Shown: piece after piece, positions 35,612-45,805 of the stretch
How positions within the stretch are numbered: the first letter of the stretch is position 1
Layout of the letters: each line of letters opens with the position of its first letter
Source: Dehalococcoidia bacterium
GTDB lineage: Bacteria > Chloroflexota > Dehalococcoidia > UBA6926
NCBI GenBank assembly: GCA_963666115.2
Contig: CAXXET010000004.1
Location: forward strand, 96,001 to 160,000
Direction: 5' to 3'
DNA length: 64,000 nucleotides
The notes under the pieces: model-generated
What the model was told of the DNA's origin: nothing
The model's input: the letters and a program-made list of their open reading frames with translations, nothing else
The model's database searches: none
Position numbers and translations under genes: made by a program

Positions 35612-37342
35612 GTGGCAGCAACACGAGATTTTGTCATCCGCTTCGCGGGTGAGGGCGGACAGGGCATGGTGACGGCATCCGAGGCCCTCGCCGCCGCAGC
35701 CGCCCAGGTCGGATACCACGTGATGACGTTCGTAACCTTCCCGTCCCAGATCATGGGCGGGCCCACGTGGAGCCAGTGTCGAATTTCCGTGACGCCGGCG
35801 CTCAGCAACGGCGACACCCTGGACGTGCTCGTCGCATTCAATGAGGAAGCCTACCAGGTTCACAAGGAAGAGCTTCGTGACGGCGGCATCCTCGTCTATG
35901 ACTCCGCCGTCTTTGAGGTGCCGGAGGAAGACAAGGGCGCGATGAACATCGTCGCCCTTCCCTACGAGGAGCTTGGAAAGTCCACCGGCAACCCCCGCGC
36001 CGCCAACATGGTCATCCTTGGCGCGGTTGCCCAGTTCGTCCAGTGGCCTGAACAGTACCTTGAGGACTTCAACGTCAAGCGCTTCACGCGCGGACGCCCG
36101 AACGACGCCGAGGTTGTCGCGGCCAACAGCATGGGCCTCGGTCTTGGGCGCGACGCGGCGAAGGCCAGCGGGTTCTCGCTCGGCGAGTTGGCGGCGCCCG
36201 ATCCGCCCGACTATGAGCAGATCATCATCAAGGGCAACGAGAGCTTTGGGCTGGGCGCGCTCGCCGGCGGCGTCAACTTCTTCGTCGGCTACCCCATCTC
36301 CCCGGCAACGTCCATCCTCGTCTTCATGGAGCAAAATCTCCGCGGCGAGGGCACGTTCGTCTACCAGGCAAGCTCTGAAATCGAATCCATCAGCACCATC
36401 GTCGGCGCAGGTTTCGTCGGCAAGAAGGCCATGACATCCACCGCCGGCCCCGGTTTCTCCCTGATGAGCGAGGGGCTCGGCATGGCGTGGATGATGGAGG
36501 TTCCCTGCGTCGTCGTCGACGTTCAGCGCGGCGGCCCCGCCACCGGACTCCCCACCAAGTCGGAGCAGTCCGACCTCTACATGGCGATGCACCCGGCGCA
36601 CGGCGACTCGCAGCTCCCGGTCATTGCCCCCGGCACCATCGAAGAGTGCTTCTACGCGGCCATGCACGCCCTCAACTGGGCGGAGCGCTACCAGGGCCCC
36701 GTCATCGTGCTCTCCGAGCACATGCTCTCCGAGCGCGTGCAGAACATCCGCAAGCCCGATCCCTCCCTCGTCGAAGTGGAGGCGCGCCAGATTTACACCG
36801 GCACGAACGGCTACAAGCGCTACGAAGGAGACACCGTGACCCCCATGCCCCTCCCTGGCGGCCCCGGCGCCTACGTCGCCAACGCGAGCGAGCACGATAC
36901 CATCGGCGACACCACACACCTCCCAATCCACCACGTCCGCGGCACGGATCGCCGGTTCGGCAAGTTGAAGCTCCTCGAGGACACGCCCTACGAGGCGCGC
37001 AACACGGACAATGACGTGGTCATCCTGCCCTGGGGCGGCTCCAAGGGCCCGGCCCATGAGGCCTATGAGCAGATGATGGAGAACGGCGTGCCGCTGGGCT
37101 GGTACTACACCATGTTCATCTCCCCGCTCAATCCCGCGCTGCTCGATGAGTTGCGCTCGAAGAAGCTCGTGCTGGTGCCGGAGCTCAACTACCTTGGGCA
37201 GTTGTCCTCCATCCTCCGCCAGCACGGCGTCAACGCGAAGTCCCTTACCCAGTACACGGGCCTGCCCTTCAAGGTGGCAGACCTGGTTGAGAGAGTCACC
37301 GCCGAGGTCGAGGCCATGGCGGGCAGCAAGGTCGGAGTCTAA
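35612..37342 (+). CDS. korA: 2-oxoacid:ferredoxin oxidoreductase alpha subunit (gamma-alpha fusion)
   Basis: GEGGQG, GYPISPAT, TAGPGFSLM, QRGGPATGLPT. Confidence 0.92.
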   Translation: MAATRDFVIRFAGEGGQGMVTASEALAAAAAQVGYHVMTFVTFPSQIMGGPTWSQCRISVTPALSNGDTLDVLVAFNEEAYQVHKEELRDGGILVYDSAVFEVPEEDKGAMNIVALPYEELGKSTGNPRAANMVILGAVAQFVQWPEQYLEDFNVKRFTRGRPNDAEVVAANSMGLGLGRDAAKASGFSLGELAAPDPPDYEQIIIKGNESFGLGALAGGVNFFVGYPISPATSILVFMEQNLRGEGTFVYQASSEIESISTIVGAGFVGKKAMTSTAGPGFSLMSEGLGMAWMMEVPCVVVDVQRGGPATGLPTKSEQSDLYMAMHPAHGDSQLPVIAPGTIEECFYAAMHALNWAERYQGPVIVLSEHMLSERVQNIRKPDPSLVEVEARQIYTGTNGYKRYEGDTVTPMPLPGGPGAYVANASEHDTIGDTTHLPIHHVRGTDRRFGKLKLLEDTPYEARNTDNDVVILPWGGSKGPAHEAYEQMMENGVPLGWYYTMFISPLNPALLDELRSKKLVLVPELNYLGQLSSILRQHGVNAKSLTQYTGLPFKVADLVERVTAEVEAMAGSKVGV

Positions 37343-37386
37343 GCGCCCCGCGCGCGGGCACAGTCGAAGGAGAGAGGTAGCAGACA

Positions 37387-38256
37387 ATGACGAAGCGGAA
37401 CCCCGAGTACGATTTCAAGTGGTGCCCCGGCTGCGGCGACTTTGGCGTCAAGCGCGCCATCGAGTTGACCATCGCAGCGCGCACCACCGAAATGGACATC
37501 CCGTTCGAGAACAACGTGATCATCGCCGGAATCGGTTGCTCGGGCAACCTGGTTCACCTGACGGACGGCCCCCAGCCGTTCGGTTTCCACGGCATCCACG
37601 GGCGCACCCTGCCCGTCGCGTTCGGCATCAAGAGCGGCAACCCCGATCTTGAAGTCATGGTTGTCGCCGGCGACGGCGATTTCCTCAGCATCGGCGCGGA
37701 GCACATCGGCCCCGCCGCCCAGCGCAACCTGAACGTCACCTGCGTGATCATGGACAACGGCGTCTACGGCCTCACCAAGGGGCAGAGTTCACCCACCACC
37801 CAGTTCGGCGTCGTCACCAGCACCACCCCCGGCGGCAAGATTGAGGGCGAGGTCAAGCCGTTCCAGTACTACCTGTCGCTGGGCGCATCCTTCGTCGCCT
37901 CCGCGTTCTCCAGCAAGCCGCGTGAGATGGCGCAGATGATCCGCGACGGCATGGACTATCCCGGCTTCTCTATCGTCCACGTCCAGTCGCCATGCACCAC
38001 CTACAACGACAACTACGATGTCCTCCGCGGCAACGCCAAGAAGGGCATTGATCCCCTGACCTATGACATCCCGGACAGCCACGACCCGACCAACTACGGC
38101 GAGGCCCTCAGGATCGCGCAGGACCCCGGCGTGCCGCTCGGCGTCCTGTACGCGGCGGACAACTCCGAGCCGCTCGACGTTCGCTACACCAACCTCAACG
38201 CCCGCCTGCGCTCCCGGGACATCGACCAGATGATTGAGTCGTTCGCAATCCAGTAG
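37387..38256 (+). CDS. korB: 2-oxoacid:ferredoxin oxidoreductase beta subunit
   Basis: WCPGCGD, GIGCS, HGR, GDGD, YGLTKGQ. Confidence 0.94.
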   Translation: MTKRNPEYDFKWCPGCGDFGVKRAIELTIAARTTEMDIPFENNVIIAGIGCSGNLVHLTDGPQPFGFHGIHGRTLPVAFGIKSGNPDLEVMVVAGDGDFLSIGAEHIGPAAQRNLNVTCVIMDNGVYGLTKGQSSPTTQFGVVTSTTPGGKIEGEVKPFQYYLSLGASFVASAFSSKPREMAQMIRDGMDYPGFSIVHVQSPCTTYNDNYDVLRGNAKKGIDPLTYDIPDSHDPTNYGEALRIAQDPGVPLGVLYAADNSEPLDVRYTNLNARLRSRDIDQMIESFAIQ

Positions 38257-38277
38257 ACGCGAACGAAACGGTCGCCA

Positions 38278-39513
38278 ATGGCCCGGCACACGCTGGAGGC
38301 CCGGCTCAGAGACGAAATACGGCGAAGGGGTCCAATCCCCTTCGCCGATTTCATGCGCGTCGCTCTCTATGACCCGGACGGCGGCTACTACAGCACCCTT
38401 GAAGACCGCATCGGCCCAACGGGTGATTTCTACACCTCCCCCGCCACCCACCCGGCCTTTGGCGCGCTGCTCGCCCTCCAACTCGAACGCTGCTGGGAAC
38501 TACTCGACAAGCCAGCGCAATTCACGATCATCGAAGAGGGCGGCGGCAAGGGCCGTCTCGCAGCCGACATTCTCGCCTACTCCCGCCACCTGGCCGCCGG
38601 TTTCAGCAACGCTGTCGATTACCACGTCGTGGAGCGTGGGCAAAACGGGCGCGTGACGCCGGACGAGATCCAAGCCGGCGCAATCATCTCCAATGAGCTG
38701 TACGACGCCATGCCGCGCCACCGTGTCATCCAACAAGGCCAAACGCTGTACGAACTGCTGGTGGACGCGACGGACGCCGGATTCATCGAGCTAATCGCAG
38801 AGCCGTCAACCCCGGAACTGGCTGAACGTATGCGGCGGCTGGACGTCACGCTGCCAAACGGCAGCAAGGCGGAGATCGACCTTGAAGGCGCCGCGCATCT
38901 GAAACAGAGCGCATCCCGCCTGCGGCGCGGGTTCGTCTTCACCATCGATTACGGCTATCCCGCCGCCACCCTCTACGACGGCTCGCGGCGGGAGGGCACC
39001 CTGCTCTGCTACCACCGCCACACGTCCTCCACCAACCCCTACATCCGGCTGGGCAAGCAGGACATCACGGCGCACGTGGATTTCACCTCGCTTGCATGGG
39101 CCGCGGAGGAGGCGGGGCTGCTGACAGAGGGGCTGCTCACCCAGCAGCGCTACTTGAAGAAGCTCGGTTCGCAGGCGTTTATCGACGCGCTGCGTGAGCG
39201 TGATCTCCCGCCGCAGGATGTCCTCGCGAACCGCATGGCGATTCTTGAACTCACCAGGCCAAACGGGTTCGGCGGATTCGGCGTCCTGGTTCACAGCACG
39301 GGCGCGGAGAACGGCGAACCGTTTGGCATCGACGACGTCGTCATAAGCCGCGCGCGTGGCGGTCTGGACGGCCTGCCCCCCGTCCTGCTCTCCCCGGACC
39401 ACATGCCCCTGCTCGCCGGACGCTATCCACAGTATTCTGAACTGGACAACATTTGGCCCGACACGCAGCGCCCCGACACGCAGAGAATCACAACAGGAGG
39501 CACACAGCCATGA
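38278..39513 (+). CDS. MidA/NDUFAF7-family SAM-dependent methyltransferase
   Basis: GGYY..GDFYTSP, EEGGGKG, SNELYDAMP, IDYG, QDITAHVDF. Confidence 0.9.
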   Translation: MARHTLEARLRDEIRRRGPIPFADFMRVALYDPDGGYYSTLEDRIGPTGDFYTSPATHPAFGALLALQLERCWELLDKPAQFTIIEEGGGKGRLAADILAYSRHLAAGFSNAVDYHVVERGQNGRVTPDEIQAGAIISNELYDAMPRHRVIQQGQTLYELLVDATDAGFIELIAEPSTPELAERMRRLDVTLPNGSKAEIDLEGAAHLKQSASRLRRGFVFTIDYGYPAATLYDGSRREGTLLCYHRHTSSTNPYIRLGKQDITAHVDFTSLAWAAEEAGLLTEGLLTQQRYLKKLGSQAFIDALRERDLPPQDVLANRMAILELTRPNGFGGFGVLVHSTGAENGEPFGIDDVVISRARGGLDGLPPVLLSPDHMPLLAGRYPQYSELDNIWPDTQRPDTQRITTGGTQP

Positions 39514-39995
39514 CAGTAGCAGACAGGCTAAAGGAACTCGGCATCACCCTCCCCCCGCCCGCCACCCCCGGCGGCAACTACACCCCCGCCAACCTGGTAG
39601 GCCACACCCTCTACGTAGCAGGCCAACTCCCGACGGTTGACGGCGAGTTGGTCGCGACGGGCAAGGTCGGCGCGGACGTGACCATCGAGCAGGCGGCGGA
39701 GGCGGCTCGCATCTGCGCGCTAAACGCGCTGTCCGCCGCGGAAAACGTCCTTGACGGCGGGCTGGACGCGGTGGAATCCCTGACGCGCATCACGGTATTC
39801 GTCAATGCCGTGCCGGACTTCGCCCAGCAATCCATCGTGGCCAACGGCGCGTCAGATTTCCTCGTCGAAGTCCTCGGCGAAGCGGGCCGCCACGCCAGAA
39901 ACGCCATCGGAGTAGGCTCCCTCCCCCGCAACGCCCCAGTAGAAGTAGAAACCACCTTCAAAGTAAAGAGCAACGACAAACGATATTCGGGGTGA
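39510..39995 (+). CDS. RidA/YjgF family protein
   Basis: LKELGITLP, VANGASD, GRHARNAIGVGSLP. Confidence 0.9.
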   Translation: MTVADRLKELGITLPPPATPGGNYTPANLVGHTLYVAGQLPTVDGELVATGKVGADVTIEQAAEAARICALNALSAAENVLDGGLDAVESLTRITVFVNAVPDFAQQSIVANGASDFLVEVLGEAGRHARNAIGVGSLPRNAPVEVETTFKVKSNDKRYSG

Positions 39996-40019
39996 CAGGT
40001 TTGGCTGCGCGGTTAGCCC

Positions 40020-40388
40020 TCAGGGGCGCGCCTCGATAACCACGCGGCCACCCTCGACGATTTCCACGTGGAGGTCATGGCCGTAGAGAAACTCCATGCC
40101 GACGATAGGTATCTCGCCAACCACGTTGGCTTCGGCTAGCCGCGGGGCGTTGCTCCACACAACGACGACCTGGCAAATATCGAAATCCACCGGCCGACCG
40201 TCCACCAGGGCTGCCCGGCCGGTTCGCAGCCGCGGCGCTTGCAGTTCGGCTATGAGTCCGGGCGGCAGCGCCAACGATCCGTCAAAGCCTGTGTCGATGA
40301 TTGCGTCAACGTCACGTCTTTCGCCCGCCGGAGTCAGCAAGGCAAGCCTGATGACAGGCACGTATGAGGTGAAATGCCCCAGGGTCAC
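40020..40388 (-). CDS. Clan AA (retropepsin-like) aspartic protease
   Basis: IDTGF active site, IVGMEFL; GTGA overlap with the upstream gene. Confidence 0.85.
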   Translation of the reverse strand: MTLGHFTSYVPVIRLALLTPAGERRDVDAIIDTGFDGSLALPPGLIAELQAPRLRTGRAALVDGRPVDFDICQVVVVWSNAPRLAEANVVGEIPIVGMEFLYGHDLHVEIVEGGRVVIEARP

Positions 40389-41056
40389 TGAGGACCCCGG
40401 CCCATGACTCCCCAGCCGAACTTCTGCATCTGCCCATGACCGACGCGCACGGACCAGACTTGACGTGCGCCTGAATGCCGCCAGCGCAGGAGTCCGACCG
40501 CAACGTCGCCCTCCTCACCTAGAGCCCACTCCCCGGTCTCAACATCAATAACGCAGATCTCACCGACGTGATCTTTCTCCACGAGATGGCGAATGTTCTC
40601 TTCGTAGATTTCGTCACCGAGCCGGGCGATCTCCTCGGTTGGGCGAGAGGGAGAGCGATTCGATCCTGCCAACAGGGTCACTCTCAGCGCCTCCCGTTCC
40701 TCATCGCTCATTCGCACATCTCCGGCGAGACCGGAAGAGTCACGATGAACCGACGTGGGCGTTCGTGGCGAAGCGGCAATTTTGTACGAGGCCCAGGGTC
40801 CAATTCGCAGCGACCAGACATTGTGAGCGTCACGGCTCTTCTCGCGTAGGCGCGCGCTCGCCTCCAGGCTATCCTCGCCAATCGCCCACGCGCCGCTGTC
40901 CACGTCAATCGCACAAACCTCGCCGGTGTGATCGTCGTCAACCAGAACCTCGATGCTGCTAACGTATATTTCTTCGCCCATTCGGCGGATTTCCGCTATA
41001 GGTCGGGATGGCGGCGCGGGTTCCGCCGGCGGGGGTTCCCTTTCTTCGGTTCTCAT
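40385..41056 (-). CDS. Protein with two tandem DUF5678-like domains
   Basis: Internal repeat EIRRMGEEIY..HTGEVCAIDVDSGAWAIG / EIARLGDEIY..HVGEICVIDVETGEWALG. Confidence 0.7.
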   Translation of the reverse strand: MRTEEREPPPAEPAPPSRPIAEIRRMGEEIYVSSIEVLVDDDHTGEVCAIDVDSGAWAIGEDSLEASARLREKSRDAHNVWSLRIGPWASYKIAASPRTPTSVHRDSSGLAGDVRMSDEEREALRVTLLAGSNRSPSRPTEEIARLGDEIYEENIRHLVEKDHVGEICVIDVETGEWALGEEGDVAVGLLRWRHSGARQVWSVRVGHGQMQKFGWGVMGRGPQ

Positions 41057-41113
41057 ATGTCCGCCCTCATTGAGTATCCGTCGTTTTGCGACCAGTCTAA
41101 CACCACGAGCGCC

Positions 41114-42430
41114 CTATCCTGTCTCTGCCATCATCATCCCCGCCACCTCCACCCCCTGCCGGATGCTGTAATTCGTCCCCCGGTCCTCCGGGTAGATCTG
41201 GCTCATTGCCGCGAGCCACAGGCCGTCCACGGGCGTCTTGTTGGGCGGTATCTTGTCGCTGAAATGCGTCGTCATGATGGGCTGCGCCGCCCCCTCACGG
41301 TGGACATGCGTCGACTCCACCCACGACAGGTCAAACTCCGGATTGATCTTCCGAAGGTGCTCGACGTAGCTGTCGATCAACTCGTCATCGGACAGCCCCC
41401 ACCGCGGATCATCGGACGTCACGTAGTCTGCCGTATAGAGGATGTGCTTTCCCCCGTAAACGGACGGCGGCACGAGGTTCGTCTGCTCAAGCGCCAGCAG
41501 GAACGGGATGTCCGCGTCCGCGATGTTCAGCCAATAGATCGGCGACAGGCTGCGGCTCATCACCCAGATCACGGCGATTGCGCCCTCATAGTCGATACCG
41601 CTCACCTTGCCGAGGTAATCCTGCGGCAAATCCACCAGGCGCGGCAGCAAAAAGCTGGGAACGGTGGCCAGAACGGCATCATACTCCCGCCGCTCCTCCT
41701 CGCCGTCCGCCCCCGCAATCGTCAGCCCCGTCACGCGGTTGTCCGCAGTCTCGATGCGCGACACCCCCACGCCCGTCCGCACCTCCCCGCCCATCTCCGT
41801 GACCCGCCGCTCCAGCGCGTCGATGAGAACCTGCCAGCTGCCCTCGATATAGCCAAGCTGCTCCCGCCCAAGCAGCCCCTTGCGCGACGCCACCCGCGTC
41901 GCGAACTTGCTCCACATCCACGGCATGGCGATCTGCTCCGCATAGCGTCCAAACTTGCCGCGCAGCAGCGGCTCCCAGATCTCCTCGTAGTTGCGCCGCC
42001 CCGCCCACTTCCGCATGAACGCCGCCGCCGTCGTGTCCTCCAGCCTCTTCCAATTCTTGATGCGCTGGATGTACAGCGTCACCAGCCCCATTCGGATGCG
42101 ATCCAAAAACCCGACGGGGCTGAACTTCAACAGGTCCGTCGCCGTCGCGAACGGGAAGATGCGCCCGTGTGTGAAATACCCAACCTTCGAGTCCTCCCAG
42201 ATGAGCCGGTCCTTCAACCCAAGCTCATCCAGCAGCCCGATGATCGTCGTGTCGGACAGGAAGAGGTGGTGGTAGAACCGCTCCAACTGCCCGCCGCCCA
42301 CGTCGAACGTGGACGCCAGCCCGCCCAGGAACGGCGCCCGTTCGAACAGCTCAACGGAATGTCCGGCCTTGGCAAGCTCATAGCCCGCCGCAAGCCCACC
42401 CACGCCGCCGCCGATGATTCCAACCCTCAT
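41114..42430 (-). CDS. FAD-dependent oxidoreductase (protoporphyrinogen/amine oxidase-like)
   Basis: GGGVGGL, ERFYHH, IYPEDRGTNYS. Confidence 0.85.
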   Translation of the reverse strand: MRVGIIGGGVGGLAAGYELAKAGHSVELFERAPFLGGLASTFDVGGGQLERFYHHLFLSDTTIIGLLDELGLKDRLIWEDSKVGYFTHGRIFPFATATDLLKFSPVGFLDRIRMGLVTLYIQRIKNWKRLEDTTAAAFMRKWAGRRNYEEIWEPLLRGKFGRYAEQIAMPWMWSKFATRVASRKGLLGREQLGYIEGSWQVLIDALERRVTEMGGEVRTGVGVSRIETADNRVTGLTIAGADGEEERREYDAVLATVPSFLLPRLVDLPQDYLGKVSGIDYEGAIAVIWVMSRSLSPIYWLNIADADIPFLLALEQTNLVPPSVYGGKHILYTADYVTSDDPRWGLSDDELIDSYVEHLRKINPEFDLSWVESTHVHREGAAQPIMTTHFSDKIPPNKTPVDGLWLAAMSQIYPEDRGTNYSIRQGVEVAGMMMAETG

Positions 42431-43470
42431 TCCGCTTTCGTCCCCTGTATCTCCGGCTTTCGCGTTTCCGTCTCGCCCATCGCGCCCGTCGGACGCAGCA
42501 CTTCACGCAGCGGCGCGCCCTCTAGGATGAGCAGTATCGCTCCGACTATCGTAACGGGAACCCACAACGTGGCGTGAATGACGATGGCGTACGCAGTCGC
42601 AAGCCCCGCCCCCACCCCCGCCCGCACCAGCGTCTCCTTTGCCAGCAGTTCAAACGGGCCGATCCCGCCGGACGACGACGGCACCGCAGTGGCCAGGTTG
42701 GACGCCGCGACCGCCACGCACAGCACCACCATATCGGCTTCCACCCCCATCGCGACGGCCACGAAGAGGTACACCAGCGCCTCCCCCGCCCACACCGCGT
42801 TGGAAATCACGAACCAGAACGGTATCTTGCGCGCGTCCCTGAGCGCGGCGAATCCGTGCAGTAGCGATTCCACAATGCCCATCACCCGTGCGGCGTATCG
42901 CTCCGGCACAGGCCGCGTGACAACACGCGCCGCCCGCATGGCCGCATCCGGAAACAGGACGGCCAGCATCACGCCAACACCCGCCCCGATGAAAAAGACC
43001 GCCGCAAGCTGCGCCGCAAGCGTCAACAGCGGCGAGAGCGTCCACGTTGAGGCAAAGAACAGCAGCCCGATGCCCAGCCACAACAGGAGTGTCAGTCCGT
43101 CGAGGATTCGCTCGACCGCAATCGTCGCCAGGCTGGCCGTCATGTCCAGGCCGGGGTTGCGCCGCAGGAGATATGCCCTGACAAACTCGCCTAATCGAAG
43201 CGGTAAGACGTTGTTCGCCGCGTACCCGATTGTCGCCACGAAATACGACCGTCCCAGCGTCACCCCGCCCAGGTGCGCCAGCAGGCTCTGCCACCGCCAC
43301 GCCCGCAGCGTGAACGCGAGAAAGTAGACGACTACCGCCGGAATCAGCCATAGGTAATTCGCCTCCGCGAACGCGGACAGGAACTCGTCGAAGTCGATGC
43401 TCCAAAAGACCACGCCCAGGAACCCCACGCTTATCGCAAGCGCGACCAGCGTCCGCCTGTTGACGATCAT
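42427..43470 (-). CDS. Lysylphosphatidylglycerol synthase TM / flippase-like (UPF0104) protein
   Basis: RAWRW, NNVLPLRLGEFVR, ERILD, PSSSGGIGPFE. Confidence 0.88.
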   Translation of the reverse strand: MIVNRRTLVALAISVGFLGVVFWSIDFDEFLSAFAEANYLWLIPAVVVYFLAFTLRAWRWQSLLAHLGGVTLGRSYFVATIGYAANNVLPLRLGEFVRAYLLRRNPGLDMTASLATIAVERILDGLTLLLWLGIGLLFFASTWTLSPLLTLAAQLAAVFFIGAGVGVMLAVLFPDAAMRAARVVTRPVPERYAARVMGIVESLLHGFAALRDARKIPFWFVISNAVWAGEALVYLFVAVAMGVEADMVVLCVAVAASNLATAVPSSSGGIGPFELLAKETLVRAGVGAGLATAYAIVIHATLWVPVTIVGAILLILEGAPLREVLRPTGAMGETETRKPEIQGTKAE

Positions 43471-43482
43471 CTGCCCGCCGGC

Positions 43483-45777
43483 CTACGCAGGCCCGTAGAC
43501 GGGATCGGGCGGCGTGCTTATCTCCGGCTCATAGTCGTATGGGAAGTACACGTAGATGTCGGAACTGCCCAGACGCCGCGGCGGCTCCCGCAGCGTCCAG
43601 TACGTCCAGATGGTCGACCACGCGCCCGGATCGATCGCGCCCCGCGCAATGTCTCCAATGCCCAGCCCCGCGTAGTAGTCCTCCCCGCGGTACACGCCCT
43701 CCGGGAACCACCACCGGAGCGGTATGAGCACGCGATTGGCCTCACTGGAACCCCACTCAACAGTCTGGATATTCGGCGCGCTCCCTGCGTTGAGAACCAT
43801 GAAAACGCCGCGCGGCGGGTTGTCGTCCGTCACCACCGCCGCCCCCGCCCCGCACACGCTCTCACCGCCCATGCAGCGGTACTCCACGTTGTCATACTCG
43901 CGCAAGTACCAGTGCCACGGCCACGAGTACCCCTGCGCCGTATCAACCGTAATTGGCAGCGTCGAACCTTGCTCAGACGTGACGGCGTAGCGGTCGATCT
44001 CATCAACGGCCAGCTCCAGCGCGGGCGACGTCTGCGTGTAGACGAGCATCTCCACGGGGATGTCGCCGTTCTCAAAACTGGCCGTGACTGCGGAACGCGC
44101 CGTGACGATCAGGAGCACGACCAGCGCGCCGGCAGCAACGGCGTGCCCAACACGCCGCGCGTCGGCCTCCTGCCCAAGCTCGCGGACCCGGTCATAGGCG
44201 CGCGGCAGATACTCCCCCAGCCCCCGTCCGGCAATCATGATGAGCGGCAGCGTCAGGTGAATGGACAGCCACGGCATCTTCTCGCCCGCCATCAGCAGCA
44301 GCACAAGCACGAGCAGGAACCAATAGATGAGAAACACGTCAAAGGAGAAGAACGCGGGGCGCCGCCTCAGGATGAAGAAGCCCGTCACCAGCGCAACCAC
44401 AAGCGGCAGCAGTTCGTACACGGACAAGACCATGAAGTAGTAGTACCAGGGCTGGCTCCCCCGCCCGACCTCCTGCTGCGCCACCCAGTAGCCCAGTGAT
44501 TGCCATACGCCGCTGCCAAAGCCGATGCCGTTCGTGAAAAGCGTCGTGAACAGCGCGGCGATCAGGACCCAGAACACCCCGGAGATGATCAGCCAATGGC
44601 GCGGGTTCCACAGGATGCCCAGCGCCGCGCCAACGCAAAACAGCGCCAGCAGCACGAAAACGGCAATGTCCAACGACTGCATCCCGAACAGCGTGCCCGC
44701 CGCCGGATTCTGGATTTCCTGCAGGTTTGCCAGGTCGAACCCGACCCAGGGCAAGCCGGAGAGTCTCTCGATGATCCATGTCGTCGTCCCCGGTCCCTGC
44801 GAGATCGGCGCGCCGACAGGGCCCGAAAGATTCGCCAACGCGCCTTCCCCAACAGTCGCCCCCGAATCCGGGTTCGCCAGGTGAATGCCGAGCGCGTTCT
44901 GGAAGAGCGCCACGCCCGCTGCCCCCATCGGCAGCACAAGCGTCGTCAGGATCAGCCCGAACACAGCCGCCGGCGGCCATTCCTGGAACGGCGTGCGCAT
45001 GAGACGCCGGACGTCGCCCAGGTGGGCAATGATTAGGAACGTGAGCGGCACGAGTACGAGCAGGTACGTGATCTCCTTGGTCGCGAACCCAATCGCCAGC
45101 GTCGCCGAGGCAATCACCAGGTAGCGCAGCTTGCGCGTGTCCGTGTACGCCCACATTGTCCAGAACAAAACGAGTGTGATGAGGACGATGTAGATGTCGT
45201 TGCGCGCAAAGCGGCTGAAGTACAGCACGCCGGGCGATATGGCCAGCAGCCCCGACGCCGCCAGCGCGCCCAACGTGCCCATCCGGTCGCGGAACAGGAG
45301 ATACGGCAGTGCCACAACGATGACGCCCAGCAGGGCCGGCAGGACGCGCAGCGTCGCATCGGATGCGCCAAAAATCTCGAACACGAAGCTCGTCGCGATG
45401 AACTGAACCGTCCCGTGCAGAAGCGGGTTGTGGACGAATCCCCCGTTCTCCGCCATGAACCACGAATAATACCCGTGCAAACTTTCGTCATGGTGGACGG
45501 CCCGTTCGCCCAGGTCCCAGAAGCGCAGCGCCGCCGCCGCAAGCACGATGGCGATGAGGGCAATCCCCTCCGGCCTCCGCGCCCACGCCACAAGGTCGTC
45601 GGTGAGTTGACGCCACGGCACGCGCGAAAGCCCCCCCGGAAGTTGGCGGGACTCATCGCCGGAATCGGCGTCGTCCAAAACCGGAGATTCGTCGACGGCG
45701 CGCGGCTCAACGGCGCCCGCCTCCGGGTTCCTCCTCTGCCGGCGCTGCCGGTTGCGTCTGCGTTGGGATTTGCTCAT
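43483..45777 (-). CDS. TIGR03663-family GT-C membrane glycosyltransferase
   Basis: HHDESLH, HNPLLHG, YFSRFARND, TKE, EKMPW, LVYTQTS, WPWHWYLR. Confidence 0.85.
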   Translation of the reverse strand: MSKSQRRRNRQRRQRRNPEAGAVEPRAVDESPVLDDADSGDESRQLPGGLSRVPWRQLTDDLVAWARRPEGIALIAIVLAAAALRFWDLGERAVHHDESLHGYYSWFMAENGGFVHNPLLHGTVQFIATSFVFEIFGASDATLRVLPALLGVIVVALPYLLFRDRMGTLGALAASGLLAISPGVLYFSRFARNDIYIVLITLVLFWTMWAYTDTRKLRYLVIASATLAIGFATKEITYLLVLVPLTFLIIAHLGDVRRLMRTPFQEWPPAAVFGLILTTLVLPMGAAGVALFQNALGIHLANPDSGATVGEGALANLSGPVGAPISQGPGTTTWIIERLSGLPWVGFDLANLQEIQNPAAGTLFGMQSLDIAVFVLLALFCVGAALGILWNPRHWLIISGVFWVLIAALFTTLFTNGIGFGSGVWQSLGYWVAQQEVGRGSQPWYYYFMVLSVYELLPLVVALVTGFFILRRRPAFFSFDVFLIYWFLLVLVLLLMAGEKMPWLSIHLTLPLIMIAGRGLGEYLPRAYDRVRELGQEADARRVGHAVAAGALVVLLIVTARSAVTASFENGDIPVEMLVYTQTSPALELAVDEIDRYAVTSEQGSTLPITVDTAQGYSWPWHWYLREYDNVEYRCMGGESVCGAGAAVVTDDNPPRGVFMVLNAGSAPNIQTVEWGSSEANRVLIPLRWWFPEGVYRGEDYYAGLGIGDIARGAIDPGAWSTIWTYWTLREPPRRLGSSDIYVYFPYDYEPEISTPPDPVYGPA

Positions 45778-45805
45778 CGTCTAATCTAACTATACGAGAC
45801 TGCCG

